This document shows positions 8,799 to 18,494 of a stretch of DNA of 64,000 nt, piece by piece. A model generated the notes under the pieces. The model worked only from the letters and a program-made list of their open reading frames with translations. It had not been told where the DNA came from and did no database searches. The translations under genes and the position numbers were made by a program. This DNA comes from Acidobacteriota bacterium (GTDB lineage: Bacteria > Acidobacteriota > UBA6911). Location: assembly GCA_963664705.1 (NCBI GenBank), contig OY761556.1, forward strand, positions 5,376,001 to 5,440,000, in the 5' to 3' direction. How positions within the stretch are numbered: the stretch's first letter is position 1; each line of letters starts with the position of its first letter.

Positions 8799-10448
8799 AT
8801 GAAACATCGTTTTGCAGTTACCCTAACACTGATCGTTCTTTTATCCTCCGTAACAGGAGGGTTGCTGGGCGGCAATACCACCGCTAAAGCCGGACAGTCT
8901 GCTCAGACATCGTCTACGGAGTTTCTGACCAATTTTACAGAAGCACTGGATGTGATTCAGCAGACGTATGTGGATAAGGTTGGCCCCGACAAGCTGGTCT
9001 ATAGCGCTATTAAAGGCATGCTCCGCGTGCTTGACCCGCATTCGAGCTTCTTTGATCCTAAGGAGTTTTCCCGTCTTCGCGAAGAGCAGCACAGCAAGTA
9101 CTTCGGGCTTGGCATCCGAGTGAGAACGCTGCTGCGCGACAGAGGCAAGGTTGCGATTGTCGAACCGCCTCAAATTGGTTCTCCTGCGGAGAAAAAGGGA
9201 CTGCGCGCAGGAGACGTGATCACAAAAATTGAGGGAGCATCGATTGACGATTGGACCTCGGACGAGGTGGTAAACCACCTTCGTGGCCCGAAGGGGACCA
9301 CGGTTAACATTACAATTGAAAGGCCCGGAGTTCGGGACCCGATTCAAGTGAGCGTCGAGCGGGACGAGATTCCTCTGATCACGGTTCCATACGCCTTTGA
9401 AGTGAAGCCTGGGATCGGCTATGTCAAAATTGATCGATTCTCGGAATCTACTGCAGATGAATTGCGGAACAAATTGAAGGAACTGAATTCTGCCAACCTC
9501 GCTGGCCTTATTCTGGATTTAAGAGATAATCCAGGCGGATTGCTGAACCAGGCTATTGATGTAGCGGATTGTTTCCTGCCGCAGAAGGATCTGGTCGTCT
9601 CCACGAAAGGCCGGGCCGATAATTCCTCGCGGTCCTATCGCGCTCCGAGTCTCGAAAAGGTGAAGGTGCCGCTTGTTGTGCTCATTAACCGGCACAGCGC
9701 CAGCGCCTCTGAGATTGTTGCCGGCGCTCTTCAGGATCATGACCGGGCGTTGATCGTGGGCGAAACAAGTTTCGGCAAAGGCCTGGTTCAATCAGTCTAC
9801 CCACTTGAAAATGATACCGGGATGGCACTAACTACAGCCAAGTATTACACGCCGAGCGGAAGACTGATCCAGCGGGATTATTCCGGCTCTACATTCGAAT
9901 ATTTCTTCCTCAATGGTGGAGATGCCGCAGTTCCGGAAAATCACAGAGAACGGGAAATCCGCTCCACGGACAGTGGACGAAAAGTCTATGGAGGAGGGGG
10001 GATTACTCCTGATTTCATGGAACCCACACGCGAGCCGAACCGGTTTGAAGGACGCCTCGCTTCTAAAGATGTTTTCTTCCAATATGCGCGACGGCTTACT
10101 TCGGGTCAGGTGCCCGGGGCAGCCAACTTCCAGCTGAATAGCCAGGAAAAAAGCTCGAAATCCATTGCATCCCTTGAAATCACAGATGCTATCCTCGCGG
10201 ATTTCAAGAACTTCCTGCGCGAGAAGCAGGTTGATTTTACAGAAGACGATATTCAGAAAAATGTCGACTTCATAAAAAGAAGAATCCGGCAGGAAATTTT
10301 TACATCCAACTTTGGGCTCCAGGAAGGCTTCAGAATCGCTATTCAAGGGGATACGCAGGTTTTGAAGGCTCTGGAAGTTATGCCTGAAGCCAAATTGCTG
10401 ATGACCTCCGGGAAGACGTCGTCAACCGCGCAGAACCCGGCTCACTAG
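8799..10448 (+). CDS. ctpA: S41 carboxy-terminal processing protease (PDZ)
   Basis: LDPHS, PDZ, LDLRDNPGG, SASASEIVAGALQD, FGKG, TTAKYYTPSGR. Start likely ATG 8799 (MKHRFAV signal). Confidence 0.93.
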   Translation: MKHRFAVTLTLIVLLSSVTGGLLGGNTTAKAGQSAQTSSTEFLTNFTEALDVIQQTYVDKVGPDKLVYSAIKGMLRVLDPHSSFFDPKEFSRLREEQHSKYFGLGIRVRTLLRDRGKVAIVEPPQIGSPAEKKGLRAGDVITKIEGASIDDWTSDEVVNHLRGPKGTTVNITIERPGVRDPIQVSVERDEIPLITVPYAFEVKPGIGYVKIDRFSESTADELRNKLKELNSANLAGLILDLRDNPGGLLNQAIDVADCFLPQKDLVVSTKGRADNSSRSYRAPSLEKVKVPLVVLINRHSASASEIVAGALQDHDRALIVGETSFGKGLVQSVYPLENDTGMALTTAKYYTPSGRLIQRDYSGSTFEYFFLNGGDAAVPENHREREIRSTDSGRKVYGGGGITPDFMEPTREPNRFEGRLASKDVFFQYARRLTSGQVPGAANFQLNSQEKSSKSIASLEITDAILADFKNFLREKQVDFTEDDIQKNVDFIKRRIRQEIFTSNFGLQEGFRIAIQGDTQVLKALEVMPEAKLLMTSGKTSSTAQNPAH

Positions 10449-10551
10449 TCGAGCAAAGCGCCGGAATCCTGGAAGGTCGATTTTTCTTTAACAGGAAGAA
10501 AGTTCGCGATAAGGTTCTCCTGTTTTTCATATTTGCATATACTTGGTAATC

Positions 10552-12231
10552 ATGATCAGACTTGGGTTTGTCCGCAGAGTTGCATTGTCGTGCATTTCGT
10601 GCAGCCTCGCCATCGGTGTTGTGCCAAAGGCCTATCCGACCGAACTCGCTGTGAATGATGCTTACGAATCCACGTATAGTTCTGAAAGTCCTGCGCTGCC
10701 GAGACCCGTCCAGGATCTCATGCAAGCCTCGCGCCTGAAGTACCTCGAGGGATCGGGCCTGATCAAGGCGGGAGAGTCGGACAAAGCGCGCGAGTCTTTT
10801 AATAAGGCTGTCGATCTGTTACTCCAATCGGATTGGGACATTCCCTCTACACCGGCGTTAAGCCATTATTTCCAGGAACTGGTACAAAAGATTCAGGAGG
10901 ATGAATCCCGTTACCTGACCGCACCCGGAGAGACTCCGGAGGAAATTGAGACTGCGGTTGTCGATGAGTTGGACCAGCTCGATCTGTCCCCCGCCATCAT
11001 TGATCCGGCGATTCAAGCCTTGGAGAATGAAATAGCCGGAACAAAATATGAAATTCCTATTAACGTCAATGAGATGGTCGCCAAGTCGTTGGATTATTGG
11101 CTAAAAAGTGGACGCAAGTACTTTGTGGATGGGCTTGTTCGATCCGGACAATACCGCCCCATGATTGAAAAGGTGTTCCGCGAGGAATCCATTCCCCTTG
11201 ATCTGATGTACCTCGCTCAAGTTGAAAGCCTTTTTAAAACGCATGCAGTGTCCAGGGCTCAGGCAAAGGGGATATGGCAGTTTGAAAAAGGCACCGCGAT
11301 CCGGTATGGATTGAAGGTTACCAAGGACGTCGATGAAAGATCCGATCCGGAAAAATCCACGCGTGCGGCTGCCCGCTATCTGAATGACCTTTTTGCCATG
11401 TTCAAAGACTGGAATCTTGCGCTGGCAGCTTATAACTGGGGTGAGGGGAAGGTTCAGCGGCTGATCAACAGTACCGGACTCACTGATTTCTGGAAGCTGG
11501 TCGATCTGAGACGCAGATTGCCCGAGGAAACCAAAAACCATGTTCCGCTCATCCAGGCAAGCGTGATCCTTGGTCGAAACCCCGAAAAGTTCGGGCTGCC
11601 TACGGAATTGGCTTCACCGTTGGAATATGCGGAAGTTTCCGTGTCAAAGCCGATCGATTTGAGGGCTGCCGCAAAGGTTTTGAGCACCTCAATTGATGAA
11701 CTCAAGAAATTGAACCCGTCTTTGCGTGGTTTAACTACGCCGGCCAATTATCCCAATTTTCAGCTTAAGGTACCGGCAGACAGCGACCCGATGAGCCATG
11801 AGCAGCTTGCCTCTCTTCCAACGGCAAAGATCATCGTCCGCGAGAGTGCAAGTGTCAGGTATAAAGTCAAATCCGGCGATTCATTGAATCGAATTGCCGC
11901 TAAGTACCACGTAACCGTTTCGGAGCTTGAACGGGTCAACAAGTTGTCCTCTAAAAAGAACCTGAAGGCCGGAACCTGGATTCAGATTCCGTCGCATAAT
12001 GTTCAGTCTGCTTCTTCGGAACCAAAACGAGCGCAGTCTGCCAAAAGTGCTAAGGGAAAGGCCAAGTCCGCAAGATCGATAGCCGCTTCTGAAAAGATAA
12101 TAGGGAAGAAGGCCAGGAAGAGTGTTGCTGTAAAGCATGCAACGACAAAGGTTCGGCCCAATGCCCAGGTAGTTTCCCTGAAAAGGCAGCTGGACTCCCG
12201 GCTCTCAAAAAAGCAAGTAGCCTCCAAGTAG
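10552..12231 (+). CDS. MltD-like lytic transglycosylase with LysM domain and Lys-rich tail
   Basis: LAQVES, AKGIWQF, DERSDPEKSTRAAARYL, LAAYNWG; LysM YKVKSGDSLNRIA. Confidence 0.92.
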   Translation: MIRLGFVRRVALSCISCSLAIGVVPKAYPTELAVNDAYESTYSSESPALPRPVQDLMQASRLKYLEGSGLIKAGESDKARESFNKAVDLLLQSDWDIPSTPALSHYFQELVQKIQEDESRYLTAPGETPEEIETAVVDELDQLDLSPAIIDPAIQALENEIAGTKYEIPINVNEMVAKSLDYWLKSGRKYFVDGLVRSGQYRPMIEKVFREESIPLDLMYLAQVESLFKTHAVSRAQAKGIWQFEKGTAIRYGLKVTKDVDERSDPEKSTRAAARYLNDLFAMFKDWNLALAAYNWGEGKVQRLINSTGLTDFWKLVDLRRRLPEETKNHVPLIQASVILGRNPEKFGLPTELASPLEYAEVSVSKPIDLRAAAKVLSTSIDELKKLNPSLRGLTTPANYPNFQLKVPADSDPMSHEQLASLPTAKIIVRESASVRYKVKSGDSLNRIAAKYHVTVSELERVNKLSSKKNLKAGTWIQIPSHNVQSASSEPKRAQSAKSAKGKAKSARSIAASEKIIGKKARKSVAVKHATTKVRPNAQVVSLKRQLDSRLSKKQVASK

Positions 12232-12288
12232 ACCCTGAATACGAACCAACCTAATTCCACGCGGAATGATCAAAAACGGGAAAGATCA

Positions 12289-12313
12289 GAACATTTCTTC
12301 AAGGTTCATCGTA
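12289..12313 (+). promoter_or_regulatory. Putative ECF-sigma promoter (GAAC-N17-CGTA) for the permease pair
   Basis: gaac atttcttcaaggttcat cgta; aligns with the motifs at 37467 and 56704. Confidence 0.6.
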
Positions 12314-12361
12314 TTAAGATGAGTCGCACCCATCTTTTGGTGCCGCAGGACTGCAAAGCTT

Positions 12362-13666
12362 ATGGGGATGAATTTATCTGCTCTTGATTTGCCAGCGCCG
12401 GCGGCTCTGGATACGAACCAGCCAAAAAGGCGATCCAGTGCCGCGGTATGGGAAGCTTTCCGCATTGCAACCGACTCTATTTGGAACCACAAATTAAGGT
12501 CCATGCTGACGCTTCTCGGTATCATCATTGCCATCGCGTCGGTGGTTACCGTGGGTGGTGCCATAGAAGGGCTGGGTGCATATATATGGAAACAGCTCTC
12601 TTCTACATTTGCCAGCAATACATTTGTCGTTGCCCGGATTGCCGGTGCCAACATGTCCGAAGAAGAATACGAAAAGCGGATCAAGCGCAATAAGAACCTT
12701 TACGCGGCCGATTTGAGGGCGGTCGAGGGCGCGTGCGAGGGATGTGAGGCGATCTCGCCCATGATGCGCGGCACAGACACGATCAAAAGAGGCAACAAGG
12801 TTGTTTATGACGCCAATATTTCTGGCGTAAGTGCGGATATGCCGAAGATTCAGTCGGTCGATCTCGCCGAAGGTCGCTTCGTCACCTCTTCCGAAATTGC
12901 GCATGCGCATAACACGGCCGTTATCGGGGCGCAGATCCGCGAGGAGTTGTTTGGACCGGTTGCTGCCATGGGAAAGGAAATCAAGATCGGTGAGGATAGC
13001 TTCACCGTTATTGGCGTCGAGGTCGCCAAAGGCAACATGCAGGGGCAATCACTCGACAAAAATATCTATATCCCCTATACGGCATACCTGAAAAAATATG
13101 GCACGCGCAGATCCATCTCCTTTCAGGTTCGAGCCCCGTCGGAGACAACGCTTCAAGGCACTCAGGACGAAGTACGTCAGATTTTAAGATCCAGGCATAA
13201 GCTTAAGCCAAGCAAGGAAGATGATTTTGATATTCTGACGAGCAGCGCTATCCAGGAAACCATTGGCCAGATCACGGGGATGATTGCTGCGGTTATTATC
13301 CCGATTACGCTGATTGGACTCGTCGTGGGTGGCATTGTCGTCATGAACATTATGCTCGTTACGGTCACCGAAAGAACGGTCGAGGTGGGCACGCGGAAGG
13401 CTGTCGGAGCCAGGCAAAGCGATATCCTGCTCCAGTTTCTTATTGAATCCGCACTTCTGGCCACGATCGGTGGACTGCTCGGGCTTGGGTTATCCTATGT
13501 TTTCTGCAACATCATTGAGAGCACGGTCGGATTTCCCATGCGAATTACCCTTGGTTACGTTCTCCTCGCGATCCTTACCTCTGGTGGTGTGGGGATGATT
13601 TCGGGTATTTACCCTGCATATAGAGCATCGAAACTCAGTCCTATTGTTGCATTGGCACGAGAATAA
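12362..13666 (+). CDS. MacB/FtsX-family ABC permease
   Basis: KLRSMLTLLGIIIAIASV, GGIVVMNIMLVTVTERTVEVGTRKAVGA, PAYRASKLSPIVAL. Confidence 0.93.
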   Translation: MGMNLSALDLPAPAALDTNQPKRRSSAAVWEAFRIATDSIWNHKLRSMLTLLGIIIAIASVVTVGGAIEGLGAYIWKQLSSTFASNTFVVARIAGANMSEEEYEKRIKRNKNLYAADLRAVEGACEGCEAISPMMRGTDTIKRGNKVVYDANISGVSADMPKIQSVDLAEGRFVTSSEIAHAHNTAVIGAQIREELFGPVAAMGKEIKIGEDSFTVIGVEVAKGNMQGQSLDKNIYIPYTAYLKKYGTRRSISFQVRAPSETTLQGTQDEVRQILRSRHKLKPSKEDDFDILTSSAIQETIGQITGMIAAVIIPITLIGLVVGGIVVMNIMLVTVTERTVEVGTRKAVGARQSDILLQFLIESALLATIGGLLGLGLSYVFCNIIESTVGFPMRITLGYVLLAILTSGGVGMISGIYPAYRASKLSPIVALARE

Positions 13667-13677
13667 GCGAGACCTCC

Positions 13678-14916
13678 ATGATTGATCACCGCGAAAATAT
13701 AACGATGGCATTTGAGACGCTTCTTGCCCATAAGTTCCGAAGCTTTCTGACTGTGCTCGGGATTGTCGTCGGGGTCTCGGTGGTAATTGTCATTGCATCG
13801 TTGCTTTCGGGCGTAAAGGCCAGTCTCGTGGCATCCATTGAGGATTTGGGAGCCAACAACATACTTGCATTCCACCGTAATCTCGGCGTTTCCGTAGGTG
13901 GGCGAGCCTCCAGAGAAGAGAGAATGCGAAAGCCGCTCACGGTAGATGACGCAAAGGCGATAAAGGAACAGTGCCCTTCCGTTCAGGATGTCGCCTATAT
14001 CGGGATTCCCTGGAGCACGCGCATTGCGGTCAAGTACCGGGATAAGACGCTGCGAGGCGGGGAATTTGATGGAGTAAGCCAGAACCTTTCCACAGTGTAC
14101 AACCTGAAAATTGCCAATGGACGATTCTTTACTGAATCGGAGGATGACCATAAGGCTTCAGTCGCGGTTATTGGTCCGGATACAGCCGAAGCATTGTTTG
14201 CATATTCCGATCCTATCGGAAAACAGATCTTGATCCAGGGGCACCCGTTTACCGTTCTGGGCGTTACGGAAAAGAGCAAGCTTGGCTCGATGATTGGAGA
14301 GGCTGATAATTACATTTACATTCCTTACGGCACCTTTCACAAGATGATGCCTTGGGAAAAATTCCACCAACTGCTTATCCAGGCAAAGTCTGGTCTGCGT
14401 CCGCAGGCAATGGATGAGGCAGAAAGCCTTCTACGCCGCCGCCGAGATGTAAAGCACGCTGATCCAAACAACTTCAGCCTGACCACTGCAGACACCCTCG
14501 TAAAGCAACTCGATCAGGTTACTGCCATGATTGGAATGATCGCCATTGCTATCTCCAGCGTTGGTCTGCTGGTCGGGGGAATCGGCGTCATGAACATCAT
14601 GCTTGTATCGGTAACGGAACGTACTCGGGAAATCGGCGTGCGCAAAGCGATCGGAGCCACAAAAAGCGATATCGTTCTGCAATTCCTTTATGAAGCAATG
14701 ACTCTTACCGCCATTGGCGGAATCTTTGGAATCATCCTCGCGGTTGCGATCAGCTTTATTGTTATTGCATTATTACCCTCATTACCAGCTACAATCCCAC
14801 TATGGGCGGTATTCACGGGACTGACCGTCTCGGTGGCCATAGGGTTGATTTTCGGGGTCTGGCCCGCGCGAAAGGCGGCCCAGCTCGACCCGATTGTGGC
14901 TCTCCGCTACGAATAG
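13678..14916 (+). CDS. MacB/FtsX-family ABC permease (second paralog)
   Basis: KFRSFLTVLGIVVG, GGIGVMNIMLVSVTERTREIGVRKAIGA, PARKAAQLDPIVALRYE. Confidence 0.93.
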   Translation: MIDHRENITMAFETLLAHKFRSFLTVLGIVVGVSVVIVIASLLSGVKASLVASIEDLGANNILAFHRNLGVSVGGRASREERMRKPLTVDDAKAIKEQCPSVQDVAYIGIPWSTRIAVKYRDKTLRGGEFDGVSQNLSTVYNLKIANGRFFTESEDDHKASVAVIGPDTAEALFAYSDPIGKQILIQGHPFTVLGVTEKSKLGSMIGEADNYIYIPYGTFHKMMPWEKFHQLLIQAKSGLRPQAMDEAESLLRRRRDVKHADPNNFSLTTADTLVKQLDQVTAMIGMIAIAISSVGLLVGGIGVMNIMLVSVTERTREIGVRKAIGATKSDIVLQFLYEAMTLTAIGGIFGIILAVAISFIVIALLPSLPATIPLWAVFTGLTVSVAIGLIFGVWPARKAAQLDPIVALRYE

Positions 14917-15009
14917 CAGCTTGTTTTGTTTGTTTGAGTCTTTATCCATTAGAGTTAAACTCTAAGCTTCCTAGGCCCAGGTAATCGACACTACTTGCAA
15001 GGAGAGCAT

Positions 15010-15774
15010 ATGGGACCGGTTAAAATCATGCCGTGCCTGGACATTAAAAATGGCCGTGTTGTCAAAGGAATCCACTTCACTGATTTGAGAGATGCTGGGG
15101 ATCCAGTGGGAAATGCTGCCTTCTATCAGCAGGAAGGTGCGGATGAGCTCGCTATGCTGGATATAGCGGCGACCGTGGAAAATCGCAGGACGCGGGTGGA
15201 ATGGGTTCGGAATGTGTCCTCGGTTATCCATATCCCTTTAACTGTAGGCGGAGGCATTGCGCAACTGAACGACATCGAGGAGATCCTCGAGGCTGGAGCC
15301 GAAAAGGTTTCCATAAATAGTGCTGCGGTCAAGCGCCCTGCTTTGATTGAAGAAGCGGTCCGGCAATTCGGTCCAGAGTGTATTACAGTTGCAATCGATG
15401 GCAGGCGCAATAGAGAGATGCCTTCAGGGTTTGAACTTGTCGTGTCGGGTGGGACCGAACCTGTCGGTAAGGATGCTGTGGAGTGGGCAAAGCAGTGCGA
15501 GAGCCTGGGCGCCAGTGTCATCCTCCCAACAAGCATGGACGGGGATGGAACGCAGGCCGGGTATGATCTGGAATTTACGCGCGCGATTGCAGAGGCCGTC
15601 AAAGTTCCGGTGATTGCATCCGGCGGGGCCGGAAAGCTCGAGGACTTTTCCGCGGCGGTTACCCAAGGGAAGGCCGCCGTTCTATTGGCTGCCTCGGTCT
15701 TCCATTTCAGGGTATTAAGCATTCGGCAGGTTAAGGAATTTCTGCGCGGCCAGGGAATCGACGTATTGCTATAG
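15010..15774 (+). CDS. hisF: Imidazole glycerol phosphate synthase cyclase subunit
   Basis: PCLDIKNGRVVKG, GADEL, TVGGGI, SMDGDGT, ASGGAG, LAASVFH; GGAG RBS before ATG 15010. Confidence 0.95.
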   Translation: MGPVKIMPCLDIKNGRVVKGIHFTDLRDAGDPVGNAAFYQQEGADELAMLDIAATVENRRTRVEWVRNVSSVIHIPLTVGGGIAQLNDIEEILEAGAEKVSINSAAVKRPALIEEAVRQFGPECITVAIDGRRNREMPSGFELVVSGGTEPVGKDAVEWAKQCESLGASVILPTSMDGDGTQAGYDLEFTRAIAEAVKVPVIASGGAGKLEDFSAAVTQGKAAVLLAASVFHFRVLSIRQVKEFLRGQGIDVLL

Positions 15775-16037
15775 GCGCGGATATGCAGGCGAATTTCAAA
15801 ATCCGCCGCCATAGGGAGAGGCAAACTGGCCGAAAATTTCAAGATTGCGCCAATTTTGATTGAGCTACTCCCGGATACCGGAGTTCAACGCCGGTCGACC
15901 GGCTATTTTCTGTCCTTTACTTGAGCGGGATATTCAAGTAACGTTCTTCGGCTCGATAAATTGGCTTCGCAGTCTGGAAATTTTCGATTTAGTTGAAGTT
16001 TTCCCGCCTGTCAAAAGTCAAAACAAAAGGAATAGAA

Positions 16038-17735
16038 ATGACACGTCTCTTGCTGTGCGGTGTGTGCAAGCCCTTCGGTATTAAAGATGAGACTGCTGAG
16101 CCGCTCTGCACCATGGAACTTCTGAACAACCAGGTTACGCGGGAACAGGGCGTACACTCGCCAAGATCCAGCAACCCGAGCTTTGGGCTCTATCTGATGG
16201 CGGAGAACCTGGAAGTTCCAACTACAGTCCTGGATTTTCCCTCTTGGGAAGAGTTTACACAGGAAATCGAAACGGGCAATTACACGCATGTGGGGATATC
16301 CTTTATCCTGCCCAATGTCCTCAAAGCCAAGCAAATGGCTCAGTTCATCCGTAAGAGCAACCCTGATATCAAAATTCTGATCGGCGGACATGGCACTTCC
16401 ATTCCGGAGATTAAGGAACTGGTTGAATGCGATGAGATTTGCCGTGGAGAGGGCGTTGCCTGGTTGCGGCGATATTTCGGTGAGAGGGTCGATAGGCCAA
16501 TCATTCACCCCGCGCTGCCGTCCGCGATCAATTCGTATATTTACGGCGCTCCCATCTTGGGCAAAGCTGGAATCATTATTCCTGGAGTCGGATGTCAGAA
16601 TTCATGCCGGTTTTGTTGCACGTCGCACAAGTTCGAGCATCAATACACTGCCTTTTTAAGTACTGGCGATGAGATATTTGCCGCCTGCCGCAATACCGAA
16701 GACAAACTTGGCGTCGATGACTATGGTTTGATGGACGAAAACTTCTGCAAAAATCCGCTGCGTGCAAGACGGCTACTACATTTGATGGAGCAGAATAAGA
16801 AGGCATACACCTTCAGTACATTTTCATCCGCGGAAGCGATTAATCTACTCGGAACCGATTTTCTCCTGCGTATGGGTGTCAACTTCCTCTGGATCGGAGT
16901 GGAATCCAAGGCAAATCTCTTTGAAAAAACGCAGGGAATCGATTTGCACAAGATGATTGCAGACCTGCAGGATCATGGCATATCGGTTTTGGCTTCGGCA
17001 ATTCTGTTTCTTGAGCATCACGATAAGGAAACGATCCACGAGGAAATCGATTGGGCGATTGGATTGGAATCCGATCTTCTCCAGTTTATGGAACTGGGAC
17101 CCAACCCGGGAACCAAGCTCTACCGGGAGTATGAAGCTGAAGGAAAACTGGCGCAGGGGATTCCCTACCCGAAAAAGCATGGGCAAGATGAGATTTGGTT
17201 TCACCATCCGCACTTCTCTTTCAAGGAAACAGCTGAATATCTTCGCGAAGCCTTTATTAAGAAATTCCACACGCATGGACCGGGTGTTGTAAACCTGGCG
17301 CAAACGGCTATCAAGGGTTACCTTCGCGTTAAGGATGAAATTGCCGAAAGACAAAAGCAGGGGTTGGTCTGGGATCCGGATTCGCTCCGGTACGTTCCCG
17401 GTAAGGGCGCCGCGCGGGATCATTTTATGGAACTGCGTCTCGACTCAATGAAAAGAAATGCCCTCCGGTTCCGCCCTGCCCTCAGCAGCAGTCTTCGATA
17501 TGCGCCTAATGCCGCCTCCGCGGAAAAGGTTCGCAGGGTTATGGCACTGTACAAAAAGGCCTTTGGGCCGATGACCATTACTGAGCGATTGCAGTCCCTT
17601 ACCGTACGCCTGTTTGCAATCAGAGAAAATTTCCGCATTAAAAGGGGAGGCACAGTGCTTCGACAGCCTCCCACAAACCGGGTTGAGTATCCGGATAGAA
17701 CGAGCAATGCGGAATACCTCAAACAAACTGCTTGA
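16038..17735 (+). CDS. Cobalamin-binding radical SAM protein, unknown substrate
   Basis: N-terminal B12-binding-like fold (VGIS...ILIGGH), GCQNSCRFC CxxxCxxC, MDENF, WIGVES, PNPGTKLY. Confidence 0.85.
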   Translation: MTRLLLCGVCKPFGIKDETAEPLCTMELLNNQVTREQGVHSPRSSNPSFGLYLMAENLEVPTTVLDFPSWEEFTQEIETGNYTHVGISFILPNVLKAKQMAQFIRKSNPDIKILIGGHGTSIPEIKELVECDEICRGEGVAWLRRYFGERVDRPIIHPALPSAINSYIYGAPILGKAGIIIPGVGCQNSCRFCCTSHKFEHQYTAFLSTGDEIFAACRNTEDKLGVDDYGLMDENFCKNPLRARRLLHLMEQNKKAYTFSTFSSAEAINLLGTDFLLRMGVNFLWIGVESKANLFEKTQGIDLHKMIADLQDHGISVLASAILFLEHHDKETIHEEIDWAIGLESDLLQFMELGPNPGTKLYREYEAEGKLAQGIPYPKKHGQDEIWFHHPHFSFKETAEYLREAFIKKFHTHGPGVVNLAQTAIKGYLRVKDEIAERQKQGLVWDPDSLRYVPGKGAARDHFMELRLDSMKRNALRFRPALSSSLRYAPNAASAEKVRRVMALYKKAFGPMTITERLQSLTVRLFAIRENFRIKRGGTVLRQPPTNRVEYPDRTSNAEYLKQTA

Positions 17736-17758
17736 TCAGGTTTTCCTCAAAGACGCCG

Positions 17759-17783
17759 GGAGTCGAGGAAAGCCCTCGACTCC
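17759..17783. repeat. GC-rich hairpin (REP-like or terminator)
   Basis: GGAGTCGAGG aaagc CCTCGACTCC, perfect 10-bp arms just after the radical SAM gene. Confidence 0.6.
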
Positions 17784-18011
17784 ACAGGCGCTTTGGAGGT
17801 TAACCATCCTGTTGTTCTCCGGAATTTCCACTGCATTTGAGCCTTTCCCATCGTAGAATGAGGGCGGCGCTCCCAGTGTGGTCGCTCCCAGTCGCACTTC
17901 CAAAAAAGAATCCCCTGCACTACCTCGGGGCCGCACAGGGTCGTTTGGCCAGACAAGAGCAATCTTGTGCTGGGCGATAAGCCGATTAGCAATAGCAGAA
18001 AGGGGAAGGTA

Positions 18012-18494
18012 ATGGAACAGACCATCCGTTTCACGCTCAACGGTCGTCCGGTCACGATCAAGACTGATGGTGACCGGTCTCTCCTCTGGGTGCTTCGCAC
18101 CGATCTTGGCTTGACCGGCACCAAATATGGATGCGGACTGGGTCAATGTGGCACCTGCACGGTTGTCATCGGAAAAGCGGCCATTCGCTCCTGTCATTTC
18201 CCCATAAAGAACGTGGCCGGCAAAAAGGTAATTACGGTAGAAGGGCTTTCGCGTAATGGAAAACTGCATCCCCTGCAGAGGGCATTTATTCAAAACGGTG
18301 CTGTTCAATGCGGCTTCTGCACGCCGGGAATGCTGCTCAAGAGCTATGAGCTTCTTCTGAAAAATCCCAAGCCAACGCAAGAGCAAATCCTCGCACATAT
18401 GGAAGGACAGCTATGTCGTTGCGGGACATACTCTCGCGTTGTAGCGGCTATTCAGACCGCCTCTGCGGAATTGAATGGAGGGAAGGTGCTATGA
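18012..18494 (+). CDS. 2Fe-2S subunit of a xanthine oxidase-family molybdoenzyme (CoxS/IorA-like)
   Basis: GTKYGCGLGQCGTCTV, QCGFCTPG, CRCGTY. Confidence 0.94.
   Translation: MEQTIRFTLNGRPVTIKTDGDRSLLWVLRTDLGLTGTKYGCGLGQCGTCTVVIGKAAIRSCHFPIKNVAGKKVITVEGLSRNGKLHPLQRAFIQNGAVQCGFCTPGMLLKSYELLLKNPKPTQEQILAHMEGQLCRCGTYSRVVAAIQTASAELNGGKVL

Noticed and set aside
8969-8977. Perfect DnaA box TGTGGATAA
   Set aside because: Single copy inside ctpA coding sequence; no cluster or AT-rich unwinding element
15820-15856. GGCAAACTGGCCGAAA resembling the start of a c-di-GMP-I riboswitch
   Set aside because: The bases after GAAA (ATTTC) cannot pair with TGGCC and the GACGCAAA element is missing
17945-17962. 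TGGC-N9-GC sigma54-like spacing upstream of the molybdoenzyme
   Set aside because: The -12 element reads GAGC rather than TTGC; too weak
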